DNA of 50,907 nucleotides from NCBI GenBank assembly GCA_031404235.1, contig JANNHF010000141.1, forward strand, positions 1 through 50,907, in the 5' to 3' direction. The translations under genes were made by a program, and so were the position numbers. Source of the DNA: Chloroflexota bacterium (GTDB lineage: Bacteria; Chloroflexota; Limnocylindria; P2-11E). The notes below the pieces were generated by a model. That model was not told where the DNA came from. It saw nothing but the letters and a program-made list of their open reading frames with translations, and did not search any database. Of this stretch, positions 37,755 to 48,988 are shown one piece after another (within the stretch, counting starts at the first letter, position 1; each line of letters starts with the position of its first letter).

Positions 37755-38963
37755 CTACTCGGCGGGGGTGCTCACCTTTGGCGCGTGCTGCGCCTGCCAC
37801 TCGGACGGTGAGGCGCAGAAGCCCTCGTAGTCGATGTACTCGGTGATCGTGGGGTTCTCCCCGCAGACCGGGCACTTGGGATCGCGGCGCAGCCGGACCT
37901 CGCGGAACGAGCCCTCGAGCGCGTCGAACAGCAGGTAGCGTCCGACGAGCGGCTCCCCGATGCCGAGGAGCAGCTTGATGACCTCGTTGGCCTGGATCGT
38001 TCCGATCACCCCCGGCAGCACGCCGAGCACGCCGGCCTCCGCGCACGACGGCGCGAGCTCCGGCGGTGGCGGGGTCGGGAAGAGGCAGCGGTAGCACGGA
38101 CCCGCGTGCGGTTTGAAGACGGTCACCTGACCTTCGAAGCGGTAGATGCTCCCGTGCACGACCGGCTTGTTCCACTTCACCGACGCGTCGCTCAGGAGAT
38201 AACGAGTGGGGAAGTTGTCGGCGCCATCCACGACGACGTCGTACTCGGAGATGATGCGGTCGATGTTGTCGCTGGTGAGGCGCTCCTGATAGCCGACGAT
38301 CTTCACGTCGGGGTTGAGCGCTTCGAGCGTCTGGCGCGCGGACTCGGTCTTCGGCTCGCCGATGCGCTCGGTCGTATGGAGGATCTGGCGCTGCAGGTTC
38401 GTCGCGTCGACGACGTCGGAGTCCACGATGCCGAGCGTGCCGACGCCTGCGGCCGCGAGGTAAAGCGCCGCAGGCGACCCGAGCCCGCCGGCTCCGATGA
38501 GCAGCACCTTGCTCCGCAGCAGCTGCAGCTGGCCGGATTCGCCGACCTCGGGAATGAGCAGGTGGCGGCTGTAGCGCTGAGCCTGTTCCTGCGTCAGTCC
38601 GGCGTCGGGCTTCTTCCAGGGCAGGCCGGAGTCCTTCCAGCGGTTGAACCCGCCGGACATGGAGATGACGTGTCCGTAGCCGAGCTTTGCGAGGGTGTCG
38701 GCGGCCATGGCCGACCGCACGCCGCCCGCGCAGTAAAGGATCGTCGTCTTGTCCTTGTCGGGAAGACGGTCCTCCGCCCACTGCTCGACGTAGCTCTTCG
38801 GGAGGTGCACGGCGTCGGGCAGATGCCCCTCGTCCCACTCGTTCTTCTCGCGTACGTCCGCGAGCTGGACCTCGCCGGCCCGAAGCAGGTCAGCGACCTG
38901 CTGCGGAGTCGCTTCCTTGACCCGCTTTTTGATATCGGCGAAGTAGTCCCGGTAGGTCGGCAT
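37755..38963 (-). CDS. moeB: Rhodanese-MoeB/ThiF adenylyltransferase (MoeZ-like)
   Basis: N-terminal rhodanese YCAGGVRS; RYSRH, GAGGLG, NLQRQ, CYRC, CPVC. Confidence 0.92.
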   Translation of the reverse strand: MPTYRDYFADIKKRVKEATPQQVADLLRAGEVQLADVREKNEWDEGHLPDAVHLPKSYVEQWAEDRLPDKDKTTILYCAGGVRSAMAADTLAKLGYGHVISMSGGFNRWKDSGLPWKKPDAGLTQEQAQRYSRHLLIPEVGESGQLQLLRSKVLLIGAGGLGSPAALYLAAAGVGTLGIVDSDVVDATNLQRQILHTTERIGEPKTESARQTLEALNPDVKIVGYQERLTSDNIDRIISEYDVVVDGADNFPTRYLLSDASVKWNKPVVHGSIYRFEGQVTVFKPHAGPCYRCLFPTPPPPELAPSCAEAGVLGVLPGVIGTIQANEVIKLLLGIGEPLVGRYLLFDALEGSFREVRLRRDPKCPVCGENPTITEYIDYEGFCASPSEWQAQHAPKVSTPAE

Positions 38964-38990
38964 TCGTGCTCCCTTGTGCGTGAGTCTAAA

Positions 38991-39037
38991 CCGACCGCTC
39001 CGGTCGGAAATTCCTTTCGCTCGCTCCGCTCGCTGAA
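38991..39037. repeat. Hairpin plus GAGCGGAGCGAGC motif (REP-like)
   Basis: CCGACCG-CTC-CGGTCGG followed by TTCGCTCGCTCCGCTCGCTGAA. Confidence 0.5.
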
Positions 39038-39067
39038 CGGGGCCCCTTCCCCGGCCATGATGCACGC

Positions 39068-39553
39068 ATGGAGACGCTCTATTTCGACGCGCTGCAGTTC
39101 GTCTATCACCTCGCGCTCGCGATCCTCGTCGCTGGCGCGCTCGTCCTGGGAGCGGCGGCGGCGCCGGCGATCTTCGCGTCGATCCGCTCGCGCGGCGAGG
39201 CGGGCGCGATCTTCGGCGCCGTCCTGGCCCGCTACGACGGGCTCGCGATCCTCTCCGTGGTCCTCATCGTCGTGACGAGCGTGCTCAAAGCCACTGCGTT
39301 CGAAGTGACCGGCGCGCCCGAGACGCGTCTTGTCATCCGCTGGCTCGCGCTCGTTGTCCTCTGTGGTGCGACGCTCTACTCGAGCGCGTGGGCCAGTCCG
39401 GTAGCGCGCTCGATCCGTGCGCAAACGCCGGGCTGGGATGACCTTCGCGACGATGCGCCGATGCGGCGGGAGTTCCAGGCGCTGCATCGAAGTGCGCGTC
39501 GGGCGATGACCGTCGCGATCGTCGCCGGCATCGTCGCGATGTTCCTCAGCTAG
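39068..39553 (+). CDS. DUF4149-like membrane protein
   Basis: 4 TM helices; AAPAIF, AGAIFG, F..LH. Confidence 0.75.
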   Translation: METLYFDALQFVYHLALAILVAGALVLGAAAAPAIFASIRSRGEAGAIFGAVLARYDGLAILSVVLIVVTSVLKATAFEVTGAPETRLVIRWLALVVLCGATLYSSAWASPVARSIRAQTPGWDDLRDDAPMRREFQALHRSARRAMTVAIVAGIVAMFLS

Positions 39554-40580
39554 CGACGGCGACGGCACCGCCGACCTCGGCGGAGCGGTACGCCGCGTCC
39601 ATGACCTCCTGCACGCGGAGACCGTCGGCGAACGTGGGATGCGGCGCATCCGCCTTCCCGGTCGGGCCGGCCTCGATGTGCTCCCGCACCCGTCTGGCGA
39701 GATCGGGGAACGCGTTGTCGCTCGTGCCCGCGGGGAGGATCTCCTCGAGCGCGCCCGATCCGCGCGCGAGAAGAACACGGCCGTCGCCACCCAGCACGAT
39801 CGTGCCGTCGCTGCCGTAGAGGATCACGCGGCGCGACGGATGGTGGACCGCGCTCGACAGCTGGATCGTCGCGATCGCGCCACTGCTCATGCGCAGCAGC
39901 AGCTGCGCCGTGTCGTCGGCGGTCACGCTCACCGACCCGCCGTCCGTCGTTGGCCGTGTCTGCGCGGAGATCCCGAGCTCGGACGACACGCGCTCGACGG
40001 AGCCGAGCCACCAGATGAGCGAATCGATCCAGTGCGACCCTAGCGCGCCCAGGAGGCCGCCGGCACGGTCGCGCCGCAGCCACCATTCCTGACGCGGCCG
40101 CGTCGGGTCGACGAGCATGCCGGTCATCTCCATCACGAGCGCGAGCCGCATCTCTCCGATCGAACCTGCGTCAAGGAGCTCCTTCACTTTCGAACGCGCG
40201 GGCGTGTAGCGGAACTCGTGGTCGATCGCGTGCACCACGCCGGCACGCTCGGCGGCTGCGAGCATCTCGCGCGCCTCGCGGGTGTCGCTCGCCATCGGCT
40301 TCTCGCAGATGACGTGCTTTCCTGCGGCAAGCGCGGCGAGCGTGTGTTCGCGGTGCAGCGCCGGCGGCGATGCGACGCACACGACATCGACGTCGTCGCG
40401 GCTGACGAGCTCATCCACGGTGTCGACGGCGGCGGGGATGCGGGCCTGCTCAGCGACGGTGCGAGCGCGACTCGGATGGGCGGAGCAGATCGCCGTCACA
40501 GCGAACCCCGCGGCGCGGAAACCGGGGACCTGCACGCGCGCGCCGAACCCGGTCCCCACGATCCCCACCCTCAGCGCCAT
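39546..40580 (-). CDS. Gfo/Idh/MocA oxidoreductase
   Basis: GIVGTGFG, HVICEKP, GGLLGALGSHWID. Confidence 0.93.
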   Translation of the reverse strand: MALRVGIVGTGFGARVQVPGFRAAGFAVTAICSAHPSRARTVAEQARIPAAVDTVDELVSRDDVDVVCVASPPALHREHTLAALAAGKHVICEKPMASDTREAREMLAAAERAGVVHAIDHEFRYTPARSKVKELLDAGSIGEMRLALVMEMTGMLVDPTRPRQEWWLRRDRAGGLLGALGSHWIDSLIWWLGSVERVSSELGISAQTRPTTDGGSVSVTADDTAQLLLRMSSGAIATIQLSSAVHHPSRRVILYGSDGTIVLGGDGRVLLARGSGALEEILPAGTSDNAFPDLARRVREHIEAGPTGKADAPHPTFADGLRVQEVMDAAYRSAEVGGAVAVAS

Positions 40581-40601
40581 TGCTGCACAGTATGAGCACC
40601 G

Positions 40602-41459
40602 ATGGCCGTGGTACGTGAGCTCCGTCAGTCGCCACACCGCAAGGCGTCGCAGCTCGCCGACATCCTCGAAGCGCACCGCGCGAAGGTCAATCGCATGCAT
40701 CGCGTGCGGAACGCTGAAGGGCTCGTGGCGATGGTCGACGCCTTCGGCTTCTGCTTCGCCTTCACGCTGCGCACTGGCGACGCGCCCATCCCGGCGTGCT
40801 TTGACCATCTGTCGACGAGCAGCGAGGACCGCAAATGGGGCTGGATGTGGGGCTGGAAGGACGAGCTTCCCGAGCAGAGGCGCCTCTATTACGGGAAGCT
40901 TCTCGTCCGCAAGCCGACGTTCGTGTCGATGAAGATGCTGCCCACGTTCTATGCGACCTTCGGTCGCGCCGGTGAGGACGACGATCATCTCGACGACGTG
41001 CGGGCGGGCAGACTCTCGGACATCGCGCGTCGGGTCATCGACTATCTCGCGCAACGCGGCGAGACACAGACGAAGCGAATGCGGGCAGACCTCGGCATCA
41101 CCTCACAGGAGGGCAAGGCCGACTACGCGAAAGCCGTGGAGGAGCTGCAGCGTCTCATGTACGTCGCGCGTGTGAAGGCCGTCGGCGAAGGTCGCGAGGA
41201 CTACAATTACACGTACGACCTGTTCGTCCGTCGCTACGCCGACACCGTGAAGAGCGCGGAGCGGACCTCGTCGAGCGACGCGATGACGACCCTGCTGCGC
41301 CGGCTCCTCGAGCTCGCGGGTGGCGTCACCGCGAAGCAGGTGAGGCGCCTCTTCGACTGGGACGATGAGCAGACTGAGCGCACGACGTCGCGTCTCGAAG
41401 CGAAGCGCAAGTTGGCGCGCGTCGACGGAACGCTCGTGCTGCCTGAACTAGTACGATAG
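40602..41459 (+). CDS. Winged-helix AlkZ/YcaQ-related protein
   Basis: W.WKDELP..LYYGKLL..KPTFVS and a wHTH-like segment. Confidence 0.55.
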   Translation: MAVVRELRQSPHRKASQLADILEAHRAKVNRMHRVRNAEGLVAMVDAFGFCFAFTLRTGDAPIPACFDHLSTSSEDRKWGWMWGWKDELPEQRRLYYGKLLVRKPTFVSMKMLPTFYATFGRAGEDDDHLDDVRAGRLSDIARRVIDYLAQRGETQTKRMRADLGITSQEGKADYAKAVEELQRLMYVARVKAVGEGREDYNYTYDLFVRRYADTVKSAERTSSSDAMTTLLRRLLELAGGVTAKQVRRLFDWDDEQTERTTSRLEAKRKLARVDGTLVLPELVR

Positions 41460-41471
41460 CCCGCGCCCTTC

Positions 41472-44257
41472 ATGGATATCCAGCAGCTCCGTTCGTGGAT
41501 CTTCGAGCTGTACGCGCCGCTCGATGACGAGCGCCAGTACATCGTTTTCGACGCCGCGCGAGGCAATCTCCTCATCGACATCCCACCGTTCAGTGAGCGC
41601 GCGCTGCGCCTCATCCTGGGCGCCGGCCGAGCGTCGCTCCTGATCGCGACGAACGCCGCGCGCGCGCGGCGGAGGCGCATCGCTATCGCGAGACCCTCGG
41701 CGTGCAGATCGCGGTGCACGAGGACGATGCAGCGGCCGTGACCGGCGGCGCTGACCTCGTGCTGAGACCCGACGACCTCGTGCGCCCGGACACGCGTGTC
41801 GTGCGGGTCAGGGGCGAGGGGCAGGGCGCGACCGTCGTCCTGGTGGCCAAGTCCGGCGGCGTCCTGTTCAGTGGCGACCTCGACCTTGCGAGCGAGGGGG
41901 CGAGACAGCTCATACCGCTCGCGTTCTCATCAGTCCTGTCATCGAAGCGTTCGCCGATCTGGAACGCCGGCCGCGACATGCTGCTGCAGCTGCAACAAGA
42001 GCTCCCGAAGCCGCGCAAGCAGTTCGGCATCCTCTTGCCGCCGCCGTGGGATCGCGAGTACACGGGCCGCCTCGAGGACCAGATGTACCACCACGACGTG
42101 ATCGTTCCCAAGGAAGGCACGGCGGTGCGCGAGGCGGCGATGGGTCCTGAAACGCTCGTGGTCGCGAGCGCGACGCGCGAGAGTCTCGAGCAGGCGAAGC
42201 GCCCGGTGCCTGACCGCGGCACCGTTGCCGGCAACGGTGCCGGCGCCCCACCGATCACGTCCAGTCCGACCGCTCCGCCGTCCCAGTCTCGCGAGCCGAA
42301 GCCGCGGCCAAAGCCGTTCGCTGAGGATTGGCGTGCGACGTCGACCGAGCGTCCAGCGACGACCATCGCGAACGCGCCCGCGGACATCGTTCCCGAGGTC
42401 TCGGGATTCAAGCCGAGATCCATCGGCGAGCGTTTCCGTCGCGTTCCGGTCGCTGACCTGGTCGGGTCTCCGTACGTCGACTACGTATGGGGCGGCATCG
42501 ATCTGTCGCCCGACGGCGCCGAGGTCGCATTCGCCTGGAACAAGAGCGGGACCTTCGAGATCTACAGCGCGCCCATCGAGCGCGAGCGGATCTACCAGCT
42601 CACCGACGCCAAAGAGCGTTCGGTCTGGCCGCGCTGGTCGCCGGACGCCACGCAGCTCGCGTTCCTCCGCGACCGCGGGGGGAACGAGCGCTTCGACGTT
42701 TGGCTCGTCGACCGCGACGGCGAGACGGAGCGCAACCTCACGAGCGAGCCGGACGTCATGCATCGCGAGATCGCGTGGTCGCCGGACGGCTCCCGCATCG
42801 CGTACGTCGCGAACGCCGGCGGCAAGGCGTTCGCGGTGCACGTGATCGACGTCGCGACCGGCAGGAAGCGCGCGCTCACGGAAGGCGAATTTGACGACGC
42901 CCAGCCGCGTTGGTCGCCGGATGGGAAACGGCTGCTCTTCTCGTCGCGGCGGGACACCGTCCGCACGAACGGCGATCTCTACGTGATCTCCGCAGAGGGC
43001 GGCTCGCCGACGAAGCTCGAGACGCGCGACGCGGACGGCGAATCGTTCGAAGGCGACTGGTCCAAGGACGGATCGCGCATCGCGTTCACCACGAACACGC
43101 GACGACGCTACGAGATCGCTGTCGCCACGCTCGAAGGCGACCGCGTGAAGCGCGTCGAGCCGCTCACGAAGAGCATCTTCGATGAGTCGGCGCCGGCGTG
43201 GCGGCCCGACGGCCGCGCGGCCCTGTACCTGCACAACGAGGACGCGGAGGTGTCGATCCGGCGCGGGTTCGTCGTCTCGCACGCCGACCACGCTGTCGCC
43301 GATCGCGCGGGCGTCCACAACTCCATCCGCGTTGGTCCCGATGGCGATCAGGTGGCATATCTATTCAGCGGCGCGCGCGATCCGTGGGACGTGTACGTGA
43401 CGCGCGAGCGCATGACCGAGCCGCGACGTCTCACACGCTCGCTGCCGGCGACCATCGATCCCGAGACGCTGGTCGAGCCGATCCACGTTCGGTATCCCGG
43501 CGCGATGGGCAGCGAGATCCCCGCGCTCCTCTATCTCCCCTACGCCGAGGCCGTCCGCGGCGACGGACCGCCGCCCGCGATCATGCACGTCCACGGCGGA
43601 CCGACGAGCCAGCACTACCGCTGGTGGGACCGTGCAAGTCAGCACTTCGCGAACAACGGCTACGTCGTGCTCGCACCGAACATCCGCGGATCCACCGGAT
43701 ACGGCCGCGAGTTCCAGGAGGCGAATCGTCACGACTGGGGCGGCAAGGACCTCGAGGACGTCGTGAAGGGCCTCGACTGGCTTGCGAAGCAGCGCATCGC
43801 GGACCCGAAGCGTGTCGGCGTGTACGGCGGCAGCTACGGCGGGTACATGACGCTCATGTCGCTCGCGATGTACCCGGACCGCTGGGCGGCCGGCGTCTCG
43901 GTAGTCGGCGTCGTGTCGTGGAAGACAATGCACGAGACGACACGCGGCGACCTCCGCGCGATGCTTGTCCGCGAGTTCGGCGATCCGAAGGTCGACGCAG
44001 AGCGGTATCGCGACCGCTCGCCCCTGACCCACATCTCCAAGATCGAGGCGCCCCTGATGATCCTCCAGGGTGAGAACGACCCTCGAGTGCCCCTGTCTGA
44101 AGCCGAGCAGGTCGTGGCCGCGCTCCGCTCGGCGGGCAAGATGCACGAGTACTACGTGTACAAGGGCGAAGGACACGGCTTCCGCACGCGCGAGAACATG
44201 ATCGACTCGGTCCGGCGCGCGGGCGAGTGGTTCGACCGCTACCTGCTGCGTGCCTGA
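41472..44257 (+). CDS. MBL-like domain + Pro-rich linker + beta-propeller + S9 peptidase, frameshifted near 41665
   Basis: Removing one CG from (CG)6 at 41657-41668 joins ORFs 41472 and 41702 (ATNAARAAEAHRYRETLGVQIAVH); WSPDG repeats, GGSYGG, GENDPRV, EGHG. Confidence 0.8.
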
Positions 44258-45665
44258 TGCGGTCGTCGTCGGGGCCGGTCCCAATGGCCTCGCCGCGGCA
44301 ATCCAGATCGCGCGCGCAGGTCATTCGGTCGCGGTGTACGAGGCGAACGACGAGATCGGTGGAGGGGCGCGCTCCGCGGAGCTGACCCTTCCCGGCTTCG
44401 TTCACGACGTCTGCTCCGCGATCCAGCCGCTCGCGGTGATGTCGCCGTTCTTCAACGGACTGCCGCTCGCGAAGCACGGCCTCGAGTGGATCCAGCCCGA
44501 CGCGCCGCTCGCCCATCCGCTCGATGACGGCACCGCCGTCGTGCTCGAGCGCTCGGTCGACGCGACCGCCGCGCGACTCGATGCGGACGGGGCCGCCTAC
44601 CGGGGTCTGCTGTCCCCACTCGTCGAACATTGGGAGCAGCTCGCGACCGAAGTGCTGCGGCCGGTGACGCATGTGCCGCGGCACCCGTTGCTCCTCGCGC
44701 GCTTCGGTCTCCATGCGATGCGCTCCGCGCGCGGCCTCGCGTCGTCATTTCGCGGTGACGCGGCGCGGGCGCTCGTCGCGGGGTGCGCGGCGCACTCGTT
44801 CCTCCCGCTCGAGCACCCCTTCACCGCCGCGTTCGCGCTGATGTTCCTCATCACCGGGAACGCGGTGGGGTGGCCCCTCCCGCGCGGCGGCTCGGGGCGG
44901 ATCGCGGAGGCGCTCGGCTCGTATCTGCACGAGCTCGGTGGCACCATCACGACGGGTCATCCCGTGCAAGAGCTGTCCGACGTGCCGACCGCGCGCGCGT
45001 ATCTCTTCGACACATCACCGTGGCACCTTGCGAGCATCGCTGCCGGCCGGCTGCCCTCCGGATATCGGCGCGCGCTCCGCCGTTATCGCCGCGGACCGGG
45101 CGTCTTCAAGATCGACTACGCCCTCGACGGTCCCGTCCCGTGGCGGGCGACGGAGTGCCTGCGGGCCGGCACGGTCCATCTGGGCGGCACGTTCGAGGAC
45201 ATCGCGGCCTCAGAGAGCGCGGTCTGGCGGGGCCAGCACCCGGAGCGGCCGTTCGTGCTGGTCGCGCAGCAGAGCCTGTTCGATCCGTCGCGCGCGCCAG
45301 CCGGCAAGCACACGCTCTGGGCGTATTGCCACGTGCCGAACGGATCGACGGTGGACATGACCGATCGCATCGAGGCGCAGCTCGAGCGTTTCGCACCGGG
45401 GTTCCGAGAGCGCGTCCTTGCTCGCAGCGTCATGAACACGCGCGACATCGAGCACCGCAACGCGAACAACGCCGGCGGCGACATCTCGTGCGGCTCGCAC
45501 TCTGGGCTGCAGCTGTTCATGCGGCCGAGGATCGCGCTGGATCCGTATGCGACCCCGTCGCCCGACATCTACCTCTGCTCGTCCGCGACGCCGCCCGGCG
45601 GCGGAGTGCACGGAATGTGCGGTTACAACGCGGCGCGGAGCGCGATCGCGCGCAGGCTCAGCTAG
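44250..45665 (+). CDS. Phytoene desaturase-family FAD oxidoreductase
   Basis: VVGAGPNGLAAA, HDVCSA, TPPGGGVHGMCG. Confidence 0.9.
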   Translation: MPDAVVVGAGPNGLAAAIQIARAGHSVAVYEANDEIGGGARSAELTLPGFVHDVCSAIQPLAVMSPFFNGLPLAKHGLEWIQPDAPLAHPLDDGTAVVLERSVDATAARLDADGAAYRGLLSPLVEHWEQLATEVLRPVTHVPRHPLLLARFGLHAMRSARGLASSFRGDAARALVAGCAAHSFLPLEHPFTAAFALMFLITGNAVGWPLPRGGSGRIAEALGSYLHELGGTITTGHPVQELSDVPTARAYLFDTSPWHLASIAAGRLPSGYRRALRRYRRGPGVFKIDYALDGPVPWRATECLRAGTVHLGGTFEDIAASESAVWRGQHPERPFVLVAQQSLFDPSRAPAGKHTLWAYCHVPNGSTVDMTDRIEAQLERFAPGFRERVLARSVMNTRDIEHRNANNAGGDISCGSHSGLQLFMRPRIALDPYATPSPDIYLCSSATPPGGGVHGMCGYNAARSAIARRLS

Positions 45666-45685
45666 ATCCTCGCGCGGAGTCTGGG

Positions 45686-48600
45686 CTAGACGCGGACGGT
45701 CAAGTTCTCCGCGGCGACGCGCAGCGCCGTCGCGCCGAGCCGCTCGGCGATCGCTTTGGCCTCGTCGCACTGCGCCTGCGCCTGATCCTCGCGGCCGGGC
45801 ACGCCGCGCAGCGCCCGCGCGAGATCAGCGAGCGCGACGGCGCGCTCGTAATCAAGCTTCAGCGTCGCGAACGCCTGCACCGCGTCGAACATCAGCTTCG
45901 CCGCCTTCGTGTGCTCGCCGGCGTGATACGCGCGGATCGCCTCCGCGTGTGTCAGGAGCGCGCGGCCCCGGGCGTGCCCCGTGCGCTCGACGACGGCCGC
46001 GACGCGGTCCTCGAAGGCTTCGTCCGGCACGCGCCAGCGTGCCCCCGCGAGGACCAGGAGCGGACCCAGCAGCGTGAGGTCGACGATCGACTTCGGCTGG
46101 CCGGCGCTGCGGATGGCGTGGTACGAGCTTTCGCTCTCGCGCAGGCCGTAGTACGCCGCGAGGAAATCCGCGAGCGCGAGCTCGGATGGCGACGCCTCCT
46201 GCTCGATGAGCAGATCGCGGTAGACCTTCTCCTCCGGTGAGGCCATCGCGGCCGCCGCGCCGATCGCGACGCCCAGCGTCGACGGCCACTTCGTCAGCGT
46301 GGCGAACCGCTCGCGGCGCGCGGCGGCGGCGATCGTGCCCGGGAAGTCGCCGGCGAGAAGATGCGCGAGGGTCTCTGTCCGCAGGGCGTGCGCGCCGAGA
46401 CGTGGCTTCTCCGTCTCGATCGCGACCTCACGCGCGCTCGCCGCATGGTCCATGGCGTCGTGCATATCGCCCAGCGACAGCGCGCTGAGCGCGACCATCG
46501 TGTGCGCGTCGATGAGCTCGTCGCTGTCCTGCAGCGATCGCGCGATCGGCAGTCGATTCTGACTCGCGCTGTATGCCTCGCGGAAATTCCCCAGCTCCCG
46601 ATAGGCGTAGCCGACCGCGTCGAGGCAGAGCGATCGTTCGCGCAGCAGGCCCAGCTCCTCGGCGATCGCGAGCGCTTCTTTGGCGGTCGCGAGCGACGCC
46701 TCCCACTCCATGTCCGTCGCCTTCGGACCCCGGCGCGGCATGAAGGACTTCGCGGCGAGCAGAAGCACACGCTCGCGCGATCTGGCGTCGCCGACGATCG
46801 CGAGGCCGCGCTCGATGAGCCCTTCGAGATCTGGATGCTTCGCGTCCCAGCGCGTGCAGAGCTCGGCCATGTGCGCGAGGAGGATCGCGACCTCACCGCT
46901 CCTCGGATCGCGCGCTTCGAGCAGAAGCAGCGCCCGCTCGTACGCGGAGAGCGCCGCGTCGTTCTCCCCGCGGTACCGACGTACGCGTGCGATCAGATAG
47001 AGGGCCTCGACGGCCGCGTCGATCCGGTTGATCTTCTCGTACAGCTCGAGCGCTTGCTCCGCGAAGCGCAGCGCCTCGATGTACGCGTGGATCGCCGTCG
47101 CTCGTTGGGCCGACTTCCACGAGTACTCCGCCGCCTTGTCCGGCACGTCGCCGATGAGGTAGTGGTGGGCGAGCGCCGGATAGAACTCCTTCAGCTCATC
47201 GCCGAGCACGACCTCATACGCGGAGGCGACGCGACGATGCAGCTCGATGCGCCGTCGCACCAGGAGCGTGTTGTACGCGACCTCCTGCACGATGGCGTGC
47301 TTGAACCGGTAACGGCCTTCGCGCCGCTCACCGGGGGCGGCCTCGAGCACGAGGTCCGCGGCGATGAGCTGGTCGACCGCGTTGGCGATGCGATCGCCGC
47401 CCGCTTCCCGCAGCACGCGGTCCCCGAACCGCTGTCCGATGACGGCCGCGAGCTGGATGCATTCGCGCGCCGCGGGCTGGAGCCGGTCGATGCGCGAGGC
47501 GACGACCGCGTGCAGGGTGGCCGGCACTTCGAGTGCGCCGGGACGCTCGCGCACGCGCCACTCGCCGGTCTCGTCCTTCTCGACAGCGCCGGACTCCAGC
47601 AGCGACCGCAGCGACTCTTCGATGTAGAAGGGATTGCCGCCTGCGCGGGCGACGATGCGGTCGCGCAGCTCGTCGGGGATCCAATCGAGCGTCGCTTCGA
47701 CGATGCGCGCGGCTTCCTCGTCGGAGAGCGGCTCGAGCACGAGCTGGCTGAAGTTCGTACGCGACGGCTTCGGCTCGGGCGAGCCCGGTCCGAGGCGCTG
47801 CGCGAGCAGGAACAGGATCGGCACGCGCGAGGTACGCGAGGTGAGGAACCAGAGCAGATCGAGCGACGCGGCGTCGGCGTAGTGCAGGTCCTCGAGGACG
47901 TACAGCAGTGGATGTCGACGCGCGAGCGCGGCGATGACGTCGTACACGACGATGTACATCGAGCGCTTCCACTCCTCCGAGTCGCTGGCCGGTTCGCTCA
48001 CTCCCGGTAGATGGAGGAACTGCGCGAGCATCGGTGCAACTGTCGAGGGCGTATTCACGAAACCGAGCTCCGCAAGCTTCTCGTTGATCCGCGTCACGCC
48101 ATCCGCGTCGGACGGCTGGATGTCGAGCTCGACGAGGATCGGCTCGATGAAGCCGGCGTAGCTGCGCTGGTTCACGCGCGAGAACGTCCAGCGCATGACC
48201 CGCGGCGCGTCAGCCGCGTTCGCGCCTTCCTCGGCCGCGGTCGCGAGCCCGATGAACTCCGAGGCGAGCCGGCTCTTTCCGATGCCTGGCTCGCCGGCGA
48301 TGAGCACGACCTCCGTGCGCCCGAGTCGCGCGGACTGGTACGCGAGGTCGAGGCGGGAGAGCTCCATCCAGCGACCGACGAGCGGTGCGGCGATCTCGAT
48401 CCTCGGCCGTGCGTCGGTGCGCTCGGCGATTAGGGCGTACGCGAGGATCGGTTTGTCCTTGCCCTTGAGCTCGATGGGGCCGACCTCGCGGAAGCTGAAC
48501 TCACGGTTGGTGAGCCGGAACGTGGTCTGCGTCACGTAGATCTCGCCGGGGCCGGCGGTGGACTGGAGCCGCGACGCGACATTCACCGTGTCGCCCATGA

Positions 48601-48988
48601 CACCGTACTGCGCGACGCTGCGGACCGCGCCGGCGACGACCATGCCGGTATGGATGCCGATGCGCAGACCGAACTCGACGCCGCGCTCCTTCTTGACCCG
48701 CGCGGCGTGGTCGGCGAACACGCGCTGCATCGCCAGTGCGGTGCGAAGCGCGCGCTGCGGATCGTCCTCGTGGGCGACGGGCGCTCCGAACACGACGAAG
48801 ATCGCGTCGCCGATGAACTTCTCGATGGTGCCGTCGTGCCGGATCGCTTCCTCAGCGAGGTCCTCGAAGATGCCCGAGACGAGGACCTGGAGCTCCTCCG
48901 GGTCCATCTGGTCTGCGAGCTCGGTGAACCCGGCGAAGTCCGCGAAGAGCACCGTCACAAGACGGCGCTCCTGCGGCTGGTCTAGCAC
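45686..48988 (-). CDS. Class III adenylate/guanylate cyclase + AAA ATPase + TPR
   Basis: VTVLFADFAGFT, EKFIGDA, GDTVNVASRL, GEPGIGKSRL, EDLH, GGNPFY; GTG at 48988. Confidence 0.92.
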   Translation of the reverse strand: MLDQPQERRLVTVLFADFAGFTELADQMDPEELQVLVSGIFEDLAEEAIRHDGTIEKFIGDAIFVVFGAPVAHEDDPQRALRTALAMQRVFADHAARVKKERGVEFGLRIGIHTGMVVAGAVRSVAQYGVMGDTVNVASRLQSTAGPGEIYVTQTTFRLTNREFSFREVGPIELKGKDKPILAYALIAERTDARPRIEIAAPLVGRWMELSRLDLAYQSARLGRTEVVLIAGEPGIGKSRLASEFIGLATAAEEGANAADAPRVMRWTFSRVNQRSYAGFIEPILVELDIQPSDADGVTRINEKLAELGFVNTPSTVAPMLAQFLHLPGVSEPASDSEEWKRSMYIVVYDVIAALARRHPLLYVLEDLHYADAASLDLLWFLTSRTSRVPILFLLAQRLGPGSPEPKPSRTNFSQLVLEPLSDEEAARIVEATLDWIPDELRDRIVARAGGNPFYIEESLRSLLESGAVEKDETGEWRVRERPGALEVPATLHAVVASRIDRLQPAARECIQLAAVIGQRFGDRVLREAGGDRIANAVDQLIAADLVLEAAPGERREGRYRFKHAIVQEVAYNTLLVRRRIELHRRVASAYEVVLGDELKEFYPALAHHYLIGDVPDKAAEYSWKSAQRATAIHAYIEALRFAEQALELYEKINRIDAAVEALYLIARVRRYRGENDAALSAYERALLLLEARDPRSGEVAILLAHMAELCTRWDAKHPDLEGLIERGLAIVGDARSRERVLLLAAKSFMPRRGPKATDMEWEASLATAKEALAIAEELGLLRERSLCLDAVGYAYRELGNFREAYSASQNRLPIARSLQDSDELIDAHTMVALSALSLGDMHDAMDHAASAREVAIETEKPRLGAHALRTETLAHLLAGDFPGTIAAAARRERFATLTKWPSTLGVAIGAAAAMASPEEKVYRDLLIEQEASPSELALADFLAAYYGLRESESSYHAIRSAGQPKSIVDLTLLGPLLVLAGARWRVPDEAFEDRVAAVVERTGHARGRALLTHAEAIRAYHAGEHTKAAKLMFDAVQAFATLKLDYERAVALADLARALRGVPGREDQAQAQCDEAKAIAERLGATALRVAAENLTVRV

